The notes: a model not told the origin generated them from the sequence alone. Counted from the first letter of the stretch, positions 1-9,172 are shown. The stretch is 32,000 nucleotides of DNA from Nitratidesulfovibrio vulgaris str. Hildenborough (GCF_000195755.1 NC_002937.3:30001-62000), one strand, 5' to 3'. Program-made: numbers and translations.

Positions 1-5
1 ATGTC

Positions 6-34
6 TTGACAAAATAGAAGGACTGGGGCAATTT
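6..34 (+). promoter_or_regulatory. Candidate sigma70 promoter for tRNA-Ala
   Basis: TTGACA at 6-11, a 17-nt spacer, then CAATTT at 29-34. This sits about 12 nt before the mature tRNA 5' end at 47. The -10 match is weak. Confidence 0.4.
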
Positions 35-46
35 CGCACCTCGCTT

Positions 47-122
<76 letters not shown>

Positions 123-136
123 GAGATTTTCTGAAA

Positions 137-172
137 GACCCGGTCGGCATATGTCGATCGGGTCTTTCGTCG
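137..172 (+). terminator. Intrinsic terminator after tRNA-Ala
   Basis: Imperfect hairpin GACCCGGTCG...CGATCGGGTC followed by TTTCGTCGTT. Confidence 0.6.
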
Positions 173-486
173 TTCGTGGGGCCCGAAGGGCTTGCCCATT
201 CCGGGCAGGCGGGGCATGCAGGCTGAACGCTCATCAACGCGATTGTCGTGAAATCTTTCTGGATTCTGCCGGTGCTCATCAATGATTGCGAGGTGTTAGG
301 CTTGGCTGTGTGCAGTCGGTCGTACGGGTTCGACCGGGCACGCATGCTGACCGGGCAGGATTGGCGGCAGTACGGACTCTTTTGCCGCCCGTGACGCCAG
401 CCTGTGACACTGGCAGGCGGACAAGCCCATGACAGGCGCACTGCACCACGGTCGGGGCGAGGCGCAGCAACCGGAGGCTGAAGACA

Positions 487-1059
487 TTGCACATCATCCT
501 TGCCACGGAGATATGGGGGCACACCCCGCATGTGGATACGCTGGCTGAACGATTGCGCTCCTGTGCATCCGACGTGGTTGTCATCGACCCCTACGACGGC
601 ACCGACCCGGATTTCGGCTGTGAACAGGACGCCTACGCGGCGTATTGCAGGCAGTGCGGGCATGAGGCGTTCGCCGCACGCGTCGAGCAGGCGCTGGTGC
701 GTGCCGGGGTTGATACCGTACTCGTGGGCTTCAGTGCCGGGGCGACGGCGGTGTGGTCCGTGTTGTGTGCGGCGGAATGTGAGGCACGTGGCGGCGTAGG
801 GTTCTACGGTTCGGGCATCCGAACGCTGCTTGACCGCACTCCACGCGCTCCCGTCGAACTGGTGTTCCCTGCCTACGAAGAGCATTTCGACGTGGGCACC
901 GTAGTGGACAGCCTCGCAGCGCAACCAGACGTGCGTTGTCATGTGGTGCCTCAGGGGCACGGTTTCATGAACCCCCTCGCGGCCCACTTCGACCCTTCGG
1001 CCCATGAAGCGTGGACCTCGTGGCTGGTGCGCCGGGTGGCTGCGTTCACAGCATCCTGA
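487..1059 (+). CDS. Alpha/beta hydrolase, dienelactone-hydrolase-like
   Basis: 190-aa ORF with a TTG start about 10 nt after GGAGG (472-476). It has the nucleophile-elbow-like motif GFSAGA and a C-terminal QGHGF histidine context. Size and layout match short DLH-family proteins. Confidence 0.65.
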   Translation: MHIILATEIWGHTPHVDTLAERLRSCASDVVVIDPYDGTDPDFGCEQDAYAAYCRQCGHEAFAARVEQALVRAGVDTVLVGFSAGATAVWSVLCAAECEARGGVGFYGSGIRTLLDRTPRAPVELVFPAYEEHFDVGTVVDSLAAQPDVRCHVVPQGHGFMNPLAAHFDPSAHEAWTSWLVRRVAAFTAS

Positions 1060-1221
1060 TATCGCTGTGCCAAGGCGTCGGTGTGGACTGCGGAGGGCGA
1101 ACGACGGTTCGGTCTGCATGCATTCCGCGCTACGACGCCCTTGTCAGCCAGCCAGCGGATAGGAGTCGTTTCGCGAAGTCATCTCGTCCTGCCTTGGGAA
1201 CGCGAATCATCAGAGACAGGA

Positions 1222-1245
1222 AAAGGCCCGCCGAAGCGGGCCTTT
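1222..1245. terminator. Bidirectional intrinsic terminator between convergent genes
   Basis: Perfect hairpin AAAGGCCCGC-CGAA-GCGGGCCTTT with an A-run on one side and a T-run on the other. It lies between the hydrolase stop (1059) and the permease stop (1278). Confidence 0.65.
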
Positions 1246-1277
1246 CGTACTCGTATCGTCTGTGTCCCGCTACGCGG

Positions 1278-2702
1278 CTACATGAAGAAGAGCCACGTCA
1301 CGAGGATGAAGCACGGGACGAGAATGCCGCACGACCATGCCATGTAGCCGAAGAAGCTGGGCATGGGCACGCCCTGTTCTTCGGCGATGGAACGCACCAT
1401 GAAGTTGGGCGCGTTGCCGATGTAGGTGTTGGCGCCCATGAACACCGCGCCGGCGGAGATGGCGGCGAGGGTCTCGGGGATGTCGTTCATGAGGTGCATG
1501 GCGTCGCCACCAGCCGTGTTGAAGAACACGAGGTAGGTGGGGGCGTTGTCGAGGAAGCTGGACAGGATGCCGGTCAGCCAGAAGTACATGGTGTTCACGG
1601 GCTGCCCGTCGTGGGTCACCATGTTGATGACCGGTGCCAGTGCGCCCGCTTCGCCAGCCTTGAGGATGGCGATGGCGGGAATCATGCTCACGAAGATGCC
1701 CGCGAAGAGCTTGGCGACTTCCTCGATGGGACCCCATGTGAACTCGTTCAGGCGGCGGCATTCAGTGCTGGTGAGTTTGAGAGACAGGGCGGCGATACCC
1801 AGCAGGCCGAGGTCGCGGGCGAGGTTCTGCAGTTCGACTTCGATGCCGTACACGTTGAAGGCGACTTCGGGCTTCCACAGGCCGGACATGAGCACCAGCG
1901 CCACCACGCCGCCAAGCAGCGGCAGGTTGACCACGCCGTCGAGTCCCAGCTTTTCGCCGGATTCGGCATTGGGGGGCACGGGACGCCCTTCACGGTTGAA
2001 GAGCACCGTGTCGAGGACGAAGAACGCGGCGATGAGGATGACCGAGACGAGGATGGTCTTCATCAGCAGGTGCGAGGTGGTCCAGAAGAAGCTGACACCC
2101 TTGAGGAAGCCGAGGAAGAGTGGCGGGTCGCCCAGCGGGGTCAGCGAGCCACCGATGTTCGCCACGAGAAAGATGAAGAAGACTACCGAATGCACGCGGA
2201 AGCGGCGGTGGCTGTTGGCACGGAGCAGCGGGCGGATGAGCAGCATGGCCGCGCCGGTGGTCCCCATCCAGCTTGCCAGCAGGGTGCCCACGGCGAGGAT
2301 GGCTGTGTTGACCACAGGGGTACCTACCAGTGAGCCCTTGAGGCGGACGCCGCCCGCCACGGTGAACAGGGCGAAGAGCAGGATGAGGAAGGGCACGTAC
2401 TCCAGCAGGAAGGTGTGGAGTACCTGATAGATGGCGGTCTGCATGCCGAAGACGGCGGCGCAGGGTACAAGGAAGGCCAGTGCCCAGAAGGCCGACACCT
2501 TGCCGAAGTGATGGTGCCAGAAGTGCGGCAACGCAAGCGGCATGACGGCGATGGAGAGCAGCATACAGGCGAAGGGCAGTGCCCATGCGACGGTGAGGAC
2601 GGAGCCGTCGAGGTCGTGGTGGCCGCCGGAGGCGAAGGCGGCGATGGGGGCCAGCAGCAGGGATAGCGTGGCCGCGATGAGGGCAGGGCTGAGACGCTTC
2701 AC
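1278..2702 (-). CDS. Ion-transporter-superfamily permease (ArsB/NhaD-type, putative Na+/H+ antiporter)
   Basis: GTG start at 2700-2702, 7 nt after AAGGAG. The longer ORF-track start has no SD. The protein is 474 aa with a signal-like N-terminus and about 11-12 hydrophobic helices. Its overall pattern resembles proteins annotated sodium:proton antiporter / citrate-transporter-like. Confidence 0.8.
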   Translation of the reverse strand: MKRLSPALIAATLSLLLAPIAAFASGGHHDLDGSVLTVAWALPFACMLLSIAVMPLALPHFWHHHFGKVSAFWALAFLVPCAAVFGMQTAIYQVLHTFLLEYVPFLILLFALFTVAGGVRLKGSLVGTPVVNTAILAVGTLLASWMGTTGAAMLLIRPLLRANSHRRFRVHSVVFFIFLVANIGGSLTPLGDPPLFLGFLKGVSFFWTTSHLLMKTILVSVILIAAFFVLDTVLFNREGRPVPPNAESGEKLGLDGVVNLPLLGGVVALVLMSGLWKPEVAFNVYGIEVELQNLARDLGLLGIAALSLKLTSTECRRLNEFTWGPIEEVAKLFAGIFVSMIPAIAILKAGEAGALAPVINMVTHDGQPVNTMYFWLTGILSSFLDNAPTYLVFFNTAGGDAMHLMNDIPETLAAISAGAVFMGANTYIGNAPNFMVRSIAEEQGVPMPSFFGYMAWSCGILVPCFILVTWLFFM

Positions 2703-3231
2703 GGAAGACTCCTTGGGTTGACGCGGATACCGGCGCGCGTGAGAAGGGTACGGCCCGCAACGCCGCATCCTGACCGTCCGCGTGGTGCCCTGCGCAGCGG
2801 GGCGCCACCGGACGTACACGACCGGATGCACGTTGATTGAAACGAAACGGAAAGCTTTGCAAGCCCTTTAATGAAAAAAAACCATGTATACCGAAGTGGT
2901 CGCAAACAAGGCGGGGCCTAGCTTGGCGGGCGACGGGCCTTTTCGGGCCGTGGGGCGCACAGCCCTGTTCAATGCATGTGTGAAACAGAGGGGTGGCACA
3001 GGCTCGGCGGAGTGAAGACCCGCGCTGCGCCCCCGCCGACCCGCCTTGGCAGGCATCACCGTGGCCCATCCTTGCGGGTACTCTCCATACAGGGGTATGT
3101 TCCCGCAGGCATCAGGCCCGAATTGATTACTGTTGCAGCCACAAGAGGGGGGTGCAGCCGGTCGGTCGCTCCCATGCATCACATGCATCTGCCCCGGCAG
3201 TGGCGGTAGTATAGCCTGCACAGGAGGTCGT

Positions 3232-3609
3232 ATGAGCGGGGAACAGGAAGTGGCGTCGCCGCCCGATACGCGACGCACCATCACTTGGGATGATTTCGAG
3301 GCTGTGGAGATTCGCGCCGGGACGGTGGTACGCGTGGAACCCTTTCCCGAAGCGCGCATTCCGGCATGGAAGGTGTGGGTCGATTTCGGCAACGAACTCG
3401 GCGTGCTCAAATCCAGCGCGCGTATCACGCATCTGTATGCCGCAGAGGACCTCATGGGCCGTCAGGTCGTGGGGGTGGTCAACTTCCCTCCCCGCCAGAT
3501 AGGGCCGTTCAGGTCGGAGTTCCTCGTGACGGGGTTTGTCCAGGCCGATGGTTCGGTGGTGCTCGCCGTTCCCGAACGCCCGGTGGCGAACGGGGTGCGT
3601 CTGGCGTGA
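3232..3609 (+). CDS. csaA: tRNA-binding protein CsaA/YgjH family (EMAP-like OB fold)
   Basis: ATG at 3232, 4 nt after AGGAGG (3222-3227). The protein is 125 aa. The motif context IRAGTVV...WKVWVDFG...[13 protein letters not shown] is typical of CsaA-type tRNA-binding domains. Confidence 0.85.
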   Translation: MSGEQEVASPPDTRRTITWDDFEAVEIRAGTVVRVEPFPEARIPAWKVWVDFGNELGVLKSSARITHLYAAEDLMGRQVVGVVNFPPRQIGPFRSEFLVTGFVQADGSVVLAVPERPVANGVRLA

Positions 3610-3769
3610 TCGAGGCATGCCAGACCGGATGACCGGTGTGCGGCGGTCGCCACCGCCGGTGTCCGCAGGGCCGCGAACGATCGCCGAAGCCGTTGGGACA
3701 GCCCGTCTGGCGCGTGAAGGGGCCTGTCCGTGCCGTGCGGTTCAGACTGCGACGGTATGGGGCAGGGTG

Positions 3770-3815
3770 CAGACCAGTGGTCTGGACAAGTGGTCTGGAC
3801 AAATGGTCCGGCACG
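3770..3815. repeat. Palindrome plus 13-bp tandem direct repeat upstream of the hydantoinase-like gene
   Basis: CAGACCA-G-TGGTCTG palindrome at 3770-3784. It overlaps GTGGTCTGGACAA (3777-3789), an exact second copy GTGGTCTGGACAA (3790-3802) and a degenerate third copy ATGGTCCGGCACG (3803-3815). Confidence 0.8.
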
Positions 3816-3985
3816 ACGGTTTCAGGGTGACGGGTCGGGGTCGCGCCTATGATGCCGCATTGCCTTGCCCGCGCACCACAGGTAAGACCTTGCGGGCCGG
3901 ATGACGTGGCAGGCGCGTCAGGCCAGACCCCGCCTGTCAGCCTCACCCGAAGAGCACGCACCTTCCGGCAGGAGGAGAGTAGAAC

Positions 3986-5698
3986 ATGGCTTCGCAACGT
4001 CCCTTCATCATAGGTGTCGATACCGGCGGAACGTACACCGACGCCGTGCTGGTGGACTGCGCCACACGGGCGGTCGTGGCGTCTGCCAAGCGCCCCACCA
4101 CCCATTTCGATCTCAGTGTGGGTATGGAACAGGCCCTGCACGCCGTGCTGGAACCGGCAGCCCGCGGGTGTGACAGGGCGATAGATGCCGCGCTTATCAT
4201 GCCCGACGGGTGTGTCTCGCCCGTAGCCATAGGCCGGGTGGCGGTTTCCACCACGCTTGCCACCAACGCCGTGGTCGAGGGTGTGGCCGACCAGGCCGTG
4301 GGGCTCATCGTCATCGGCTGGGGCAACCGCATCGAGGTGCCGGGTGCCGCCGCCATCAGGCATATTCCCGGCGGGCACCGCATCGACGGTACGGAACAGG
4401 AGCCGCTGGCCCTCGAACCGTTGCTGGACGCTGTCGTCTCCATGCGGGGGCGCGTCGATGCCTATGCGGTGTGCAGCCTCATGAGTTTCGCCAACCCCAC
4501 ACACGAACTTGTGGCGGCGCGCGCCATCGCCGCCGTGGACAAGAGCCCCGTATTCTGTTCGCACGAGGTCAGCAGCCGTGCCGGGATGCAGGAACGTGCC
4601 GCCACTGCGGTGCTCAACGCCCGTCTTCTGCCCGTCATGCGTGATTTTCTGGACGGTATGAACGCGGCCCTGCAACGTATCGGCATCGATGCCGAGGTCG
4701 TGGTGGTGCGGGGCGACGCCACGGTGATGCCCCTTGCCGACGCGCTGCGCAGTGCCGCGTCGACGGTGGCCAGCGGGCCTGCCGCCACGGCGGTGTTCGG
4801 TGCCGGGGTCGCCAGCGGTGATGCCCTCATCGTGGACGTGGGCGGCACGACCACCGACGTGACCTTGCTGCACGACGGCAAGCCCGTGCTTGCGGCAGGG
4901 GGGATGGTCGTGGGCGACTGGGTGACGCATGTGCAGGCGGTGGAGATGTTCACGGTGGGCATCGGCGGAGACAGCCTCGTGCGCATCATGGAAGACCTGT
5001 CCCTGCATGTGGGCCCCCAGCGGGTGCTGCCCCTGTGCATGGCGGGTGCGCTGCCCGACCCCGGCGGTCCCGAGGGCTGGCTGGGGGCCAAGCGGCGATG
5101 CCGCTGCCTTGTGCCCGTGGCGAAATGCCATGACGCAGGTCATGCCAGTCCGGTGCTCGACCTCTTGCGGACGCGCGGCCCCATGCCGCCGGGGGCTGTC
5201 ATGCGCGCCCTCGCCATGCCGGAGATAACGCTTGAGCAGGAAGTGGCGGCCCTGGTGCGGCGTCAGGCCGTATGCGAGGCGGGCTTCACGCCCACCGACG
5301 CCCTCCACGTGCTTGGCCTGCTCGATTTCGGCGATGCGGACGCCGCCGCAAGGGGGGCGGCTGCGCTGGGGCAGGCCCTTGGCTGCGATGGCCTTGAGGC
5401 TGCACGCCGCGTGGTGGCGGCAACCCGCTGTCGCATCGAGGATGCGCTGGTGGCGCATGTGGCCAGCCGCGAAGTGGGCGGCAATCTTGCCGGCTATCTT
5501 GCGCATCGGCGTGAACACGCCCTGCTGCGCATCGAGGTGGGGCTCAACGTCCCGGTGGTGGGCATCGGTGCCGCGGCGCGGCATCTGTTGCCGGGAGTGG
5601 CCGAGACCTTGCGCACCGACATCTGCTTTCCTGAACACTATGATGTGGGCAACGCCCTCGGGGCGGTCTACCTCGCCCTTGACGGCCCGGGCGCCTAG
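3986..5698 (+). CDS. Hydantoinase/oxoprolinase family protein (HyuA-like ASKHA ATPase)
   Basis: ATG preceded by AGGAGGAG. The protein is 570 aa. The N-terminal IGVDTGGTYTDAVL phosphate-1 motif and the internal DVGGTTTDV motif are characteristic of the hydantoinase A / oxoprolinase family. Confidence 0.85.
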   Translation: MASQRPFIIGVDTGGTYTDAVLVDCATRAVVASAKRPTTHFDLSVGMEQALHAVLEPAARGCDRAIDAALIMPDGCVSPVAIGRVAVSTTLATNAVVEGVADQAVGLIVIGWGNRIEVPGAAAIRHIPGGHRIDGTEQEPLALEPLLDAVVSMRGRVDAYAVCSLMSFANPTHELVAARAIAAVDKSPVFCSHEVSSRAGMQERAATAVLNARLLPVMRDFLDGMNAALQRIGIDAEVVVVRGDATVMPLADALRSAASTVASGPAATAVFGAGVASGDALIVDVGGTTTDVTLLHDGKPVLAAGGMVVGDWVTHVQAVEMFTVGIGGDSLVRIMEDLSLHVGPQRVLPLCMAGALPDPGGPEGWLGAKRRCRCLVPVAKCHDAGHASPVLDLLRTRGPMPPGAVMRALAMPEITLEQEVAALVRRQAVCEAGFTPTDALHVLGLLDFGDADAAARGAAALGQALGCDGLEAARRVVAATRCRIEDALVAHVASREVGGNLAGYLAHRREHALLRIEVGLNVPVVGIGAAARHLLPGVAETLRTDICFPEHYDVGNALGAVYLALDGPGA

Positions 5699-5771
5699 CT
5701 GCGCCGCCCCACCCGACAAGACCGCCCCGGCTTCGGACGCGGTCATGCCATCATCTTCAAGGAGCCTTACC

Positions 5772-6176
5772 ATGCACGAACATGATGGAAAATGCGGCTG
5801 CGGACACGACCACCACGACCACGGCGAATGCGGTTGCAAGGGCGCGCACCATATGCCGCAAAGCTTCGAGGCGACGCTGGAAGTCGCCAGCGAGTGCGAG
5901 GACGCGGTCGTCGTCCATGGCTGGCTGCACATGCAGGGACGGTGGGTCGTCCATGCATGGTGCGAAGCCGGCGAGGCGGTGTACGACCTCACGGAAAGCA
6001 GGGCACCTCAACCCCGCGCCGGGTGGTATGCCAGCCACGGCGTGACAGAGGAACGGCTGCGTCGCTACGGGCGCGTCGAGTTCTTCACCCGCGTGGCGGA
6101 TACCGGGGAGTTCGGTCCTTACGACAGGGAACTTTTCGCATCGCTGGAATCTGACGTCGACCCTCTGGGGCGGTAG
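5772..6176 (+). CDS. Hypothetical protein with an N-terminal His/Cys-rich metal-binding-like segment
   Basis: ATG at 5772, 7 nt after AAGGAG (5759-5764). The protein is 134 aa with C-ending, coding-like codon usage. The N-terminus is MHEHDGKCGCGHDHHDHGECGCKGAHH. I do not recognise the C-terminal domain. Confidence 0.75.
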   Translation: MHEHDGKCGCGHDHHDHGECGCKGAHHMPQSFEATLEVASECEDAVVVHGWLHMQGRWVVHAWCEAGEAVYDLTESRAPQPRAGWYASHGVTEERLRRYGRVEFFTRVADTGEFGPYDRELFASLESDVDPLGR

Positions 6177-6426
6177 CTAGCAGGAAGTGGGGTTCGCCAC
6201 GGCGCGGCGAATGCAAGGAGTGAAAGGGGCTTCCGGATACAGCGCGAGTCCGTTTGAACACGCTGTCCGGCAACGCTTGTCCTTGCGGCTGTCGTCTGGA
6301 GGCGGTGGCACCTTGCGGAGGTGTCATGGACGGTGACGTGCCGCACCCTCCCCAAGGTGGTCGCCAGCCACCTGTGAGCGTACCGATTCCGCGAAGAGAG
6401 CCCTCGCAGACGGGGGCCATCAACAT

Positions 6427-6453
6427 AAAAGCCCGGCATCCTGCCGGGCTTTT
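6427..6453. terminator. Bidirectional intrinsic terminator
   Basis: AAAAGCCCGGCA-TCC-TGCCGGGCTTTT, a perfect 8-bp GC-rich stem flanked by an A-run and a T-run. It lies between convergent genes ending at 6176 (+) and 6482 (-). Confidence 0.8.
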
Positions 6454-6481
6454 CGTACACGGGCGTCTGGAGGCCAGACGG

Positions 6482-7984
6482 TCAGCGCACGTCACAGCCT
6501 CCGGTCGTGTCGCCCTGCGGGGCGAGGGCCCTCGCTTCCGGCGTGCACAGGCGCGCCAGTTCACCGAGGGTGCGCAGCCCCTGCGCCATGCGGTCGTCCC
6601 ATACGCCGTTGCAGCCCAGACGCACGTAGTTGGTATAGCTGTCCTGCGTGCTGAAGATGGAACCGGGGGCGATGGCGATACCGGCGTCGCGGGCGCGGTA
6701 GAAGAGTTCTGTGCCATCGGTGCCTTCGGGCAGGCGCACCCACAGCACGCCCCCGCCGAGGGGCCGCGTCGCGCTCGTGCCTTCGGGGAAGCTGCATGCG
6801 ATGGTCTGGCGCATGGCCTCCATCTGACGCACCAGCGCGGTACGCAGGCGGCGCAGGTGGCGTTGCAGAAGCCCCTGTTCGAGATACCGCGCCAGCGCCA
6901 TCTGTGTGGGGGTTGGGCAGCACACGTTGGTGGTGGCCTTCACTTCCATGGCCTTGTCGAAGATGCGTCCCGGTGCCATCCAGCCGACCCGGAAGCCGGG
7001 TGCCACGGTCTTGGAGAACGAGGAGCACAGCGTCACCAGACCGTGCCTGTCGTACTGCGAGAAGGTGGAGGGACGCACCGGCCCGTAGTGCAGGTCGGCG
7101 GCGACGTCGTCCTCGATGACGTGGATGCCGCGCGGGGCGAGGATGTCCAGTATCTCCCGCTTGGCGTCGTCAGGGGTGAGGCTGCCGTCGGGGTTGTTGA
7201 AGTTGGGCGAGAAGATGCAGCATGCGACGCGGTGCCTGTCCACGATGTGCCGTACGGCCTCGGGGTCGATGCCCTTCTCGGGTGAACTCGGGGCTTCGAT
7301 GGCCCGCAGCCCCAGCGTTTCGAGCAGTTGCAGGAAGCAGTAGTAGGTGGGCGACTGGATGACCACGATGTCGCCGGGGCGGGTGAGGGCGCGTAGGGCG
7401 ATGTAGAGCGCTTCCACCGCCCCGGTGGTGATGACCAGCCCCTCCGCGGAGACGTCCATGCCGCATTCTCCCATGCGCCATGCGATACGTCGCCTGAGTT
7501 CGGCATTGCCCTGCACCGTCTCGTACCCCGTGGCCACCTGCGGTGCCGAACGCATGGTCTCGCCCATGATGCGCACCAGCGCCTTGAGGGGCAGCAGCGA
7601 GGTGTCGGGACACAGCACGCCGAAGGGCACCAGTTCATGGTTGCCCACCGCTTCGAGGACGGTGCTGATGAGGCGGCTGCGGTTGACGACCCGTGGCCCT
7701 GCAAGCGCCTGTTCCCGCGCCGCAGGGGTCGGCAGCGCGCTGATGGCCGCACCGACGTAATGGCCCGACCGGGGCCGTGCCTCGATGACGCCCTTGCGTT
7801 CGAGTTCGGTGTAGGCGTGCACCACCGTGGCGATGGAGACGCCCATGCTGGTGGCTATCTGCCGCAACGAGGGCAGGCGGTCGCCGGTGCGCCAGCGTCC
7901 GTCTTCGATCATGCGGGTGACGTGTCGTTCGACCTGATGGTAGGCGAAGGGGCTTTCGCCGTCGCGTGGGGGGCGGGGGGGCAT
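6482..7984 (-). CDS. MocR-type regulator (GntR wHTH fused to a PLP aminotransferase-like domain)
   Basis: ATG at 7982-7984; 500 aa. The N-terminal wHTH is LPSLRQIATSMGVSIATVVHAYTELERKGVIEARPRSGHYV. The C-terminal aminotransferase class I/II fold carries the PLP-lysine motif SSFSKTVAPGFRVGW. Confidence 0.9.
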   Translation of the reverse strand: MPPRPPRDGESPFAYHQVERHVTRMIEDGRWRTGDRLPSLRQIATSMGVSIATVVHAYTELERKGVIEARPRSGHYVGAAISALPTPAAREQALAGPRVVNRSRLISTVLEAVGNHELVPFGVLCPDTSLLPLKALVRIMGETMRSAPQVATGYETVQGNAELRRRIAWRMGECGMDVSAEGLVITTGAVEALYIALRALTRPGDIVVIQSPTYYCFLQLLETLGLRAIEAPSSPEKGIDPEAVRHIVDRHRVACCIFSPNFNNPDGSLTPDDAKREILDILAPRGIHVIEDDVAADLHYGPVRPSTFSQYDRHGLVTLCSSFSKTVAPGFRVGWMAPGRIFDKAMEVKATTNVCCPTPTQMALARYLEQGLLQRHLRRLRTALVRQMEAMRQTIACSFPEGTSATRPLGGGVLWVRLPEGTDGTELFYRARDAGIAIAPGSIFSTQDSYTNYVRLGCNGVWDDRMAQGLRTLGELARLCTPEARALAPQGDTTGGCDVR

Positions 7985-8015
7985 CTGTACTGCTCGCTTT
8001 GTGTAAAAACTGTAT

Positions 8016-8053
8016 CTGTCATCATGACAGCATCCGTCGATACTCGCAAGTAT
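8016..8053. promoter_or_regulatory. Candidate operator palindromes in the MocR/azlC divergent region
   Basis: CTGTCAT-C-ATGACAG at 8016-8030, preceded by direct copies ACTGTAT CTGTCAT. A second palindrome ATACT-CGCA-AGTAT lies at 8040-8053. The site is 32-70 nt upstream of the MocR start in an AT-rich patch. Confidence 0.5.
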
Positions 8054-8434
8054 GAGGGCCTTATGGTCTTCTGGTGCTACGCACCGTGTGTTCCGGGTGC
8101 ATGAAGACATGCCGTATGCGCATGAACATGCTCAGGCGACAGTCCACGAACAGCAGGGAGACGCGTCATGGAAGATGACGGACGTATGTGCGACGGCGCG
8201 CTCCCGTACGGGGAGCGGCAAGGGGCGAGCGGGGCGAAGACCCCCGGTGAGGGAGTACCCGGTGACGGGACGGCAGGCCGAAGCTGGGCAGGGCATGAGG
8301 GGCCTGCTCGTCAGGGGGCTGCGCCCCTGTCTTCTGCACACGCCGGGCCCGAGCGTGGGGTTTCCGGGCATGGGCCGACCGGGTGCGGCGGTGCACGGGA
8401 TGTGTGCCGCGGCCGAAGCGGTGACGCCCCCCTG

Positions 8435-9172
8435 ATGCAGGGGATCGGCGAAGGGGTACGCAGGGCCTTTCCCATCGTGCTGGGCTACGTGCCCGTGGGG
8501 TTCGCCTTCGGGGTGCTCGCCCTCAAGAGCGGCATTCCGGCATGGGGGGCGCTCGCCATGTCGCTGTTCGTCTTCGCCGGGTCGGGACAGCTCATCGCGG
8601 TGGGGCTCATCGGCGGCGGCGCACCGCTGGCTTCGGTGGTGCTCACCACGTTCGTGGTCAACCTGCGTCACCTGCTCATGTCCGCCGCGCTGGCGCCTCG
8701 CCTGCGTGACTGGGGGCTGTTGCGGCAGGCCCTCTTCAGCGCGGAGATGACGGACGAGACCTTCGCAGTGCATGTCTCCACGTTGCGGGGAGAGGCCGAT
8801 GACCCGTCGCGGGCCGCCGTCTTCGCCTGCAACGTCACCGCCCATGCCGCGTGGGTGGGCGGTTCGGCCCTCGGCGTGTTCTGCAGCACGCTGGTGGCGG
8901 ATGTGCGTCCCCTCGGGCTGGACTATGCATTGGCCGCCATGTTCATCGCCCTGTTGCTGCCGCAGTGCCGCAGCCGTGCCCACCTGTTCGCCGCGCTGGT
9001 GGCGGGGGCGTGTTCGGTGGGCTTCGCCCTCTCCGGCGCGGGGCGCTGGAACGTGATGCTGGCCACGGTGTGCGCAGCTACGCTGGTGAGTCTGCTGCCC
9101 GTCGGCAAGACGTCCACCACCCGTGAGGAGATGGGAACCCCCGGCGGTGAGGGAGGGGCACATGCTGACTGA
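8435..9172 (+). CDS. azlC: AzlC family branched-chain amino acid transport protein
   Basis: ATG at 8435; 245 aa, multi-pass membrane protein. Motifs PIVLGYVPVGFAFG and FAGSGQL are typical of AzlC. The in-frame upstream extension to 8168 is Gly/Arg-rich and was not adopted. Confidence 0.8.
   Translation: MQGIGEGVRRAFPIVLGYVPVGFAFGVLALKSGIPAWGALAMSLFVFAGSGQLIAVGLIGGGAPLASVVLTTFVVNLRHLLMSAALAPRLRDWGLLRQALFSAEMTDETFAVHVSTLRGEADDPSRAAVFACNVTAHAAWVGGSALGVFCSTLVADVRPLGLDYALAAMFIALLLPQCRSRAHLFAALVAGACSVGFALSGAGRWNVMLATVCAATLVSLLPVGKTSTTREEMGTPGGEGGAHAD

Noticed and set aside
3509-5992. An 827-aa minus-strand ORF. Similar long ORFs occur at 1011-2333 (+), 17629-19146 (+), 19256-20410 (-), 24959-26581 (+), 28182-29900 (-) and 6254-7285 (+).
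   Set aside because: Each lies antisense to a gene with clear family motifs, an SD and normal codon usage. Their translations are Arg/Gly/His/Pro-rich low-complexity strings. These are typical shadow ORFs in about 65% GC DNA.
8052-8435. A 127-aa plus-strand ORF ending in TGATG overlap with the azlC start, plus the in-frame azlC extension from 8168.
   Set aside because: The stop/start overlap looks like coupling. However, the ORF is rich in AGG/CGA/AGA/GGA/GGG codons that real genes here avoid. The peptide is Arg/Gly-rich with no recognisable domain and no SD. I treat it as non-coding leader unless translation data say otherwise.
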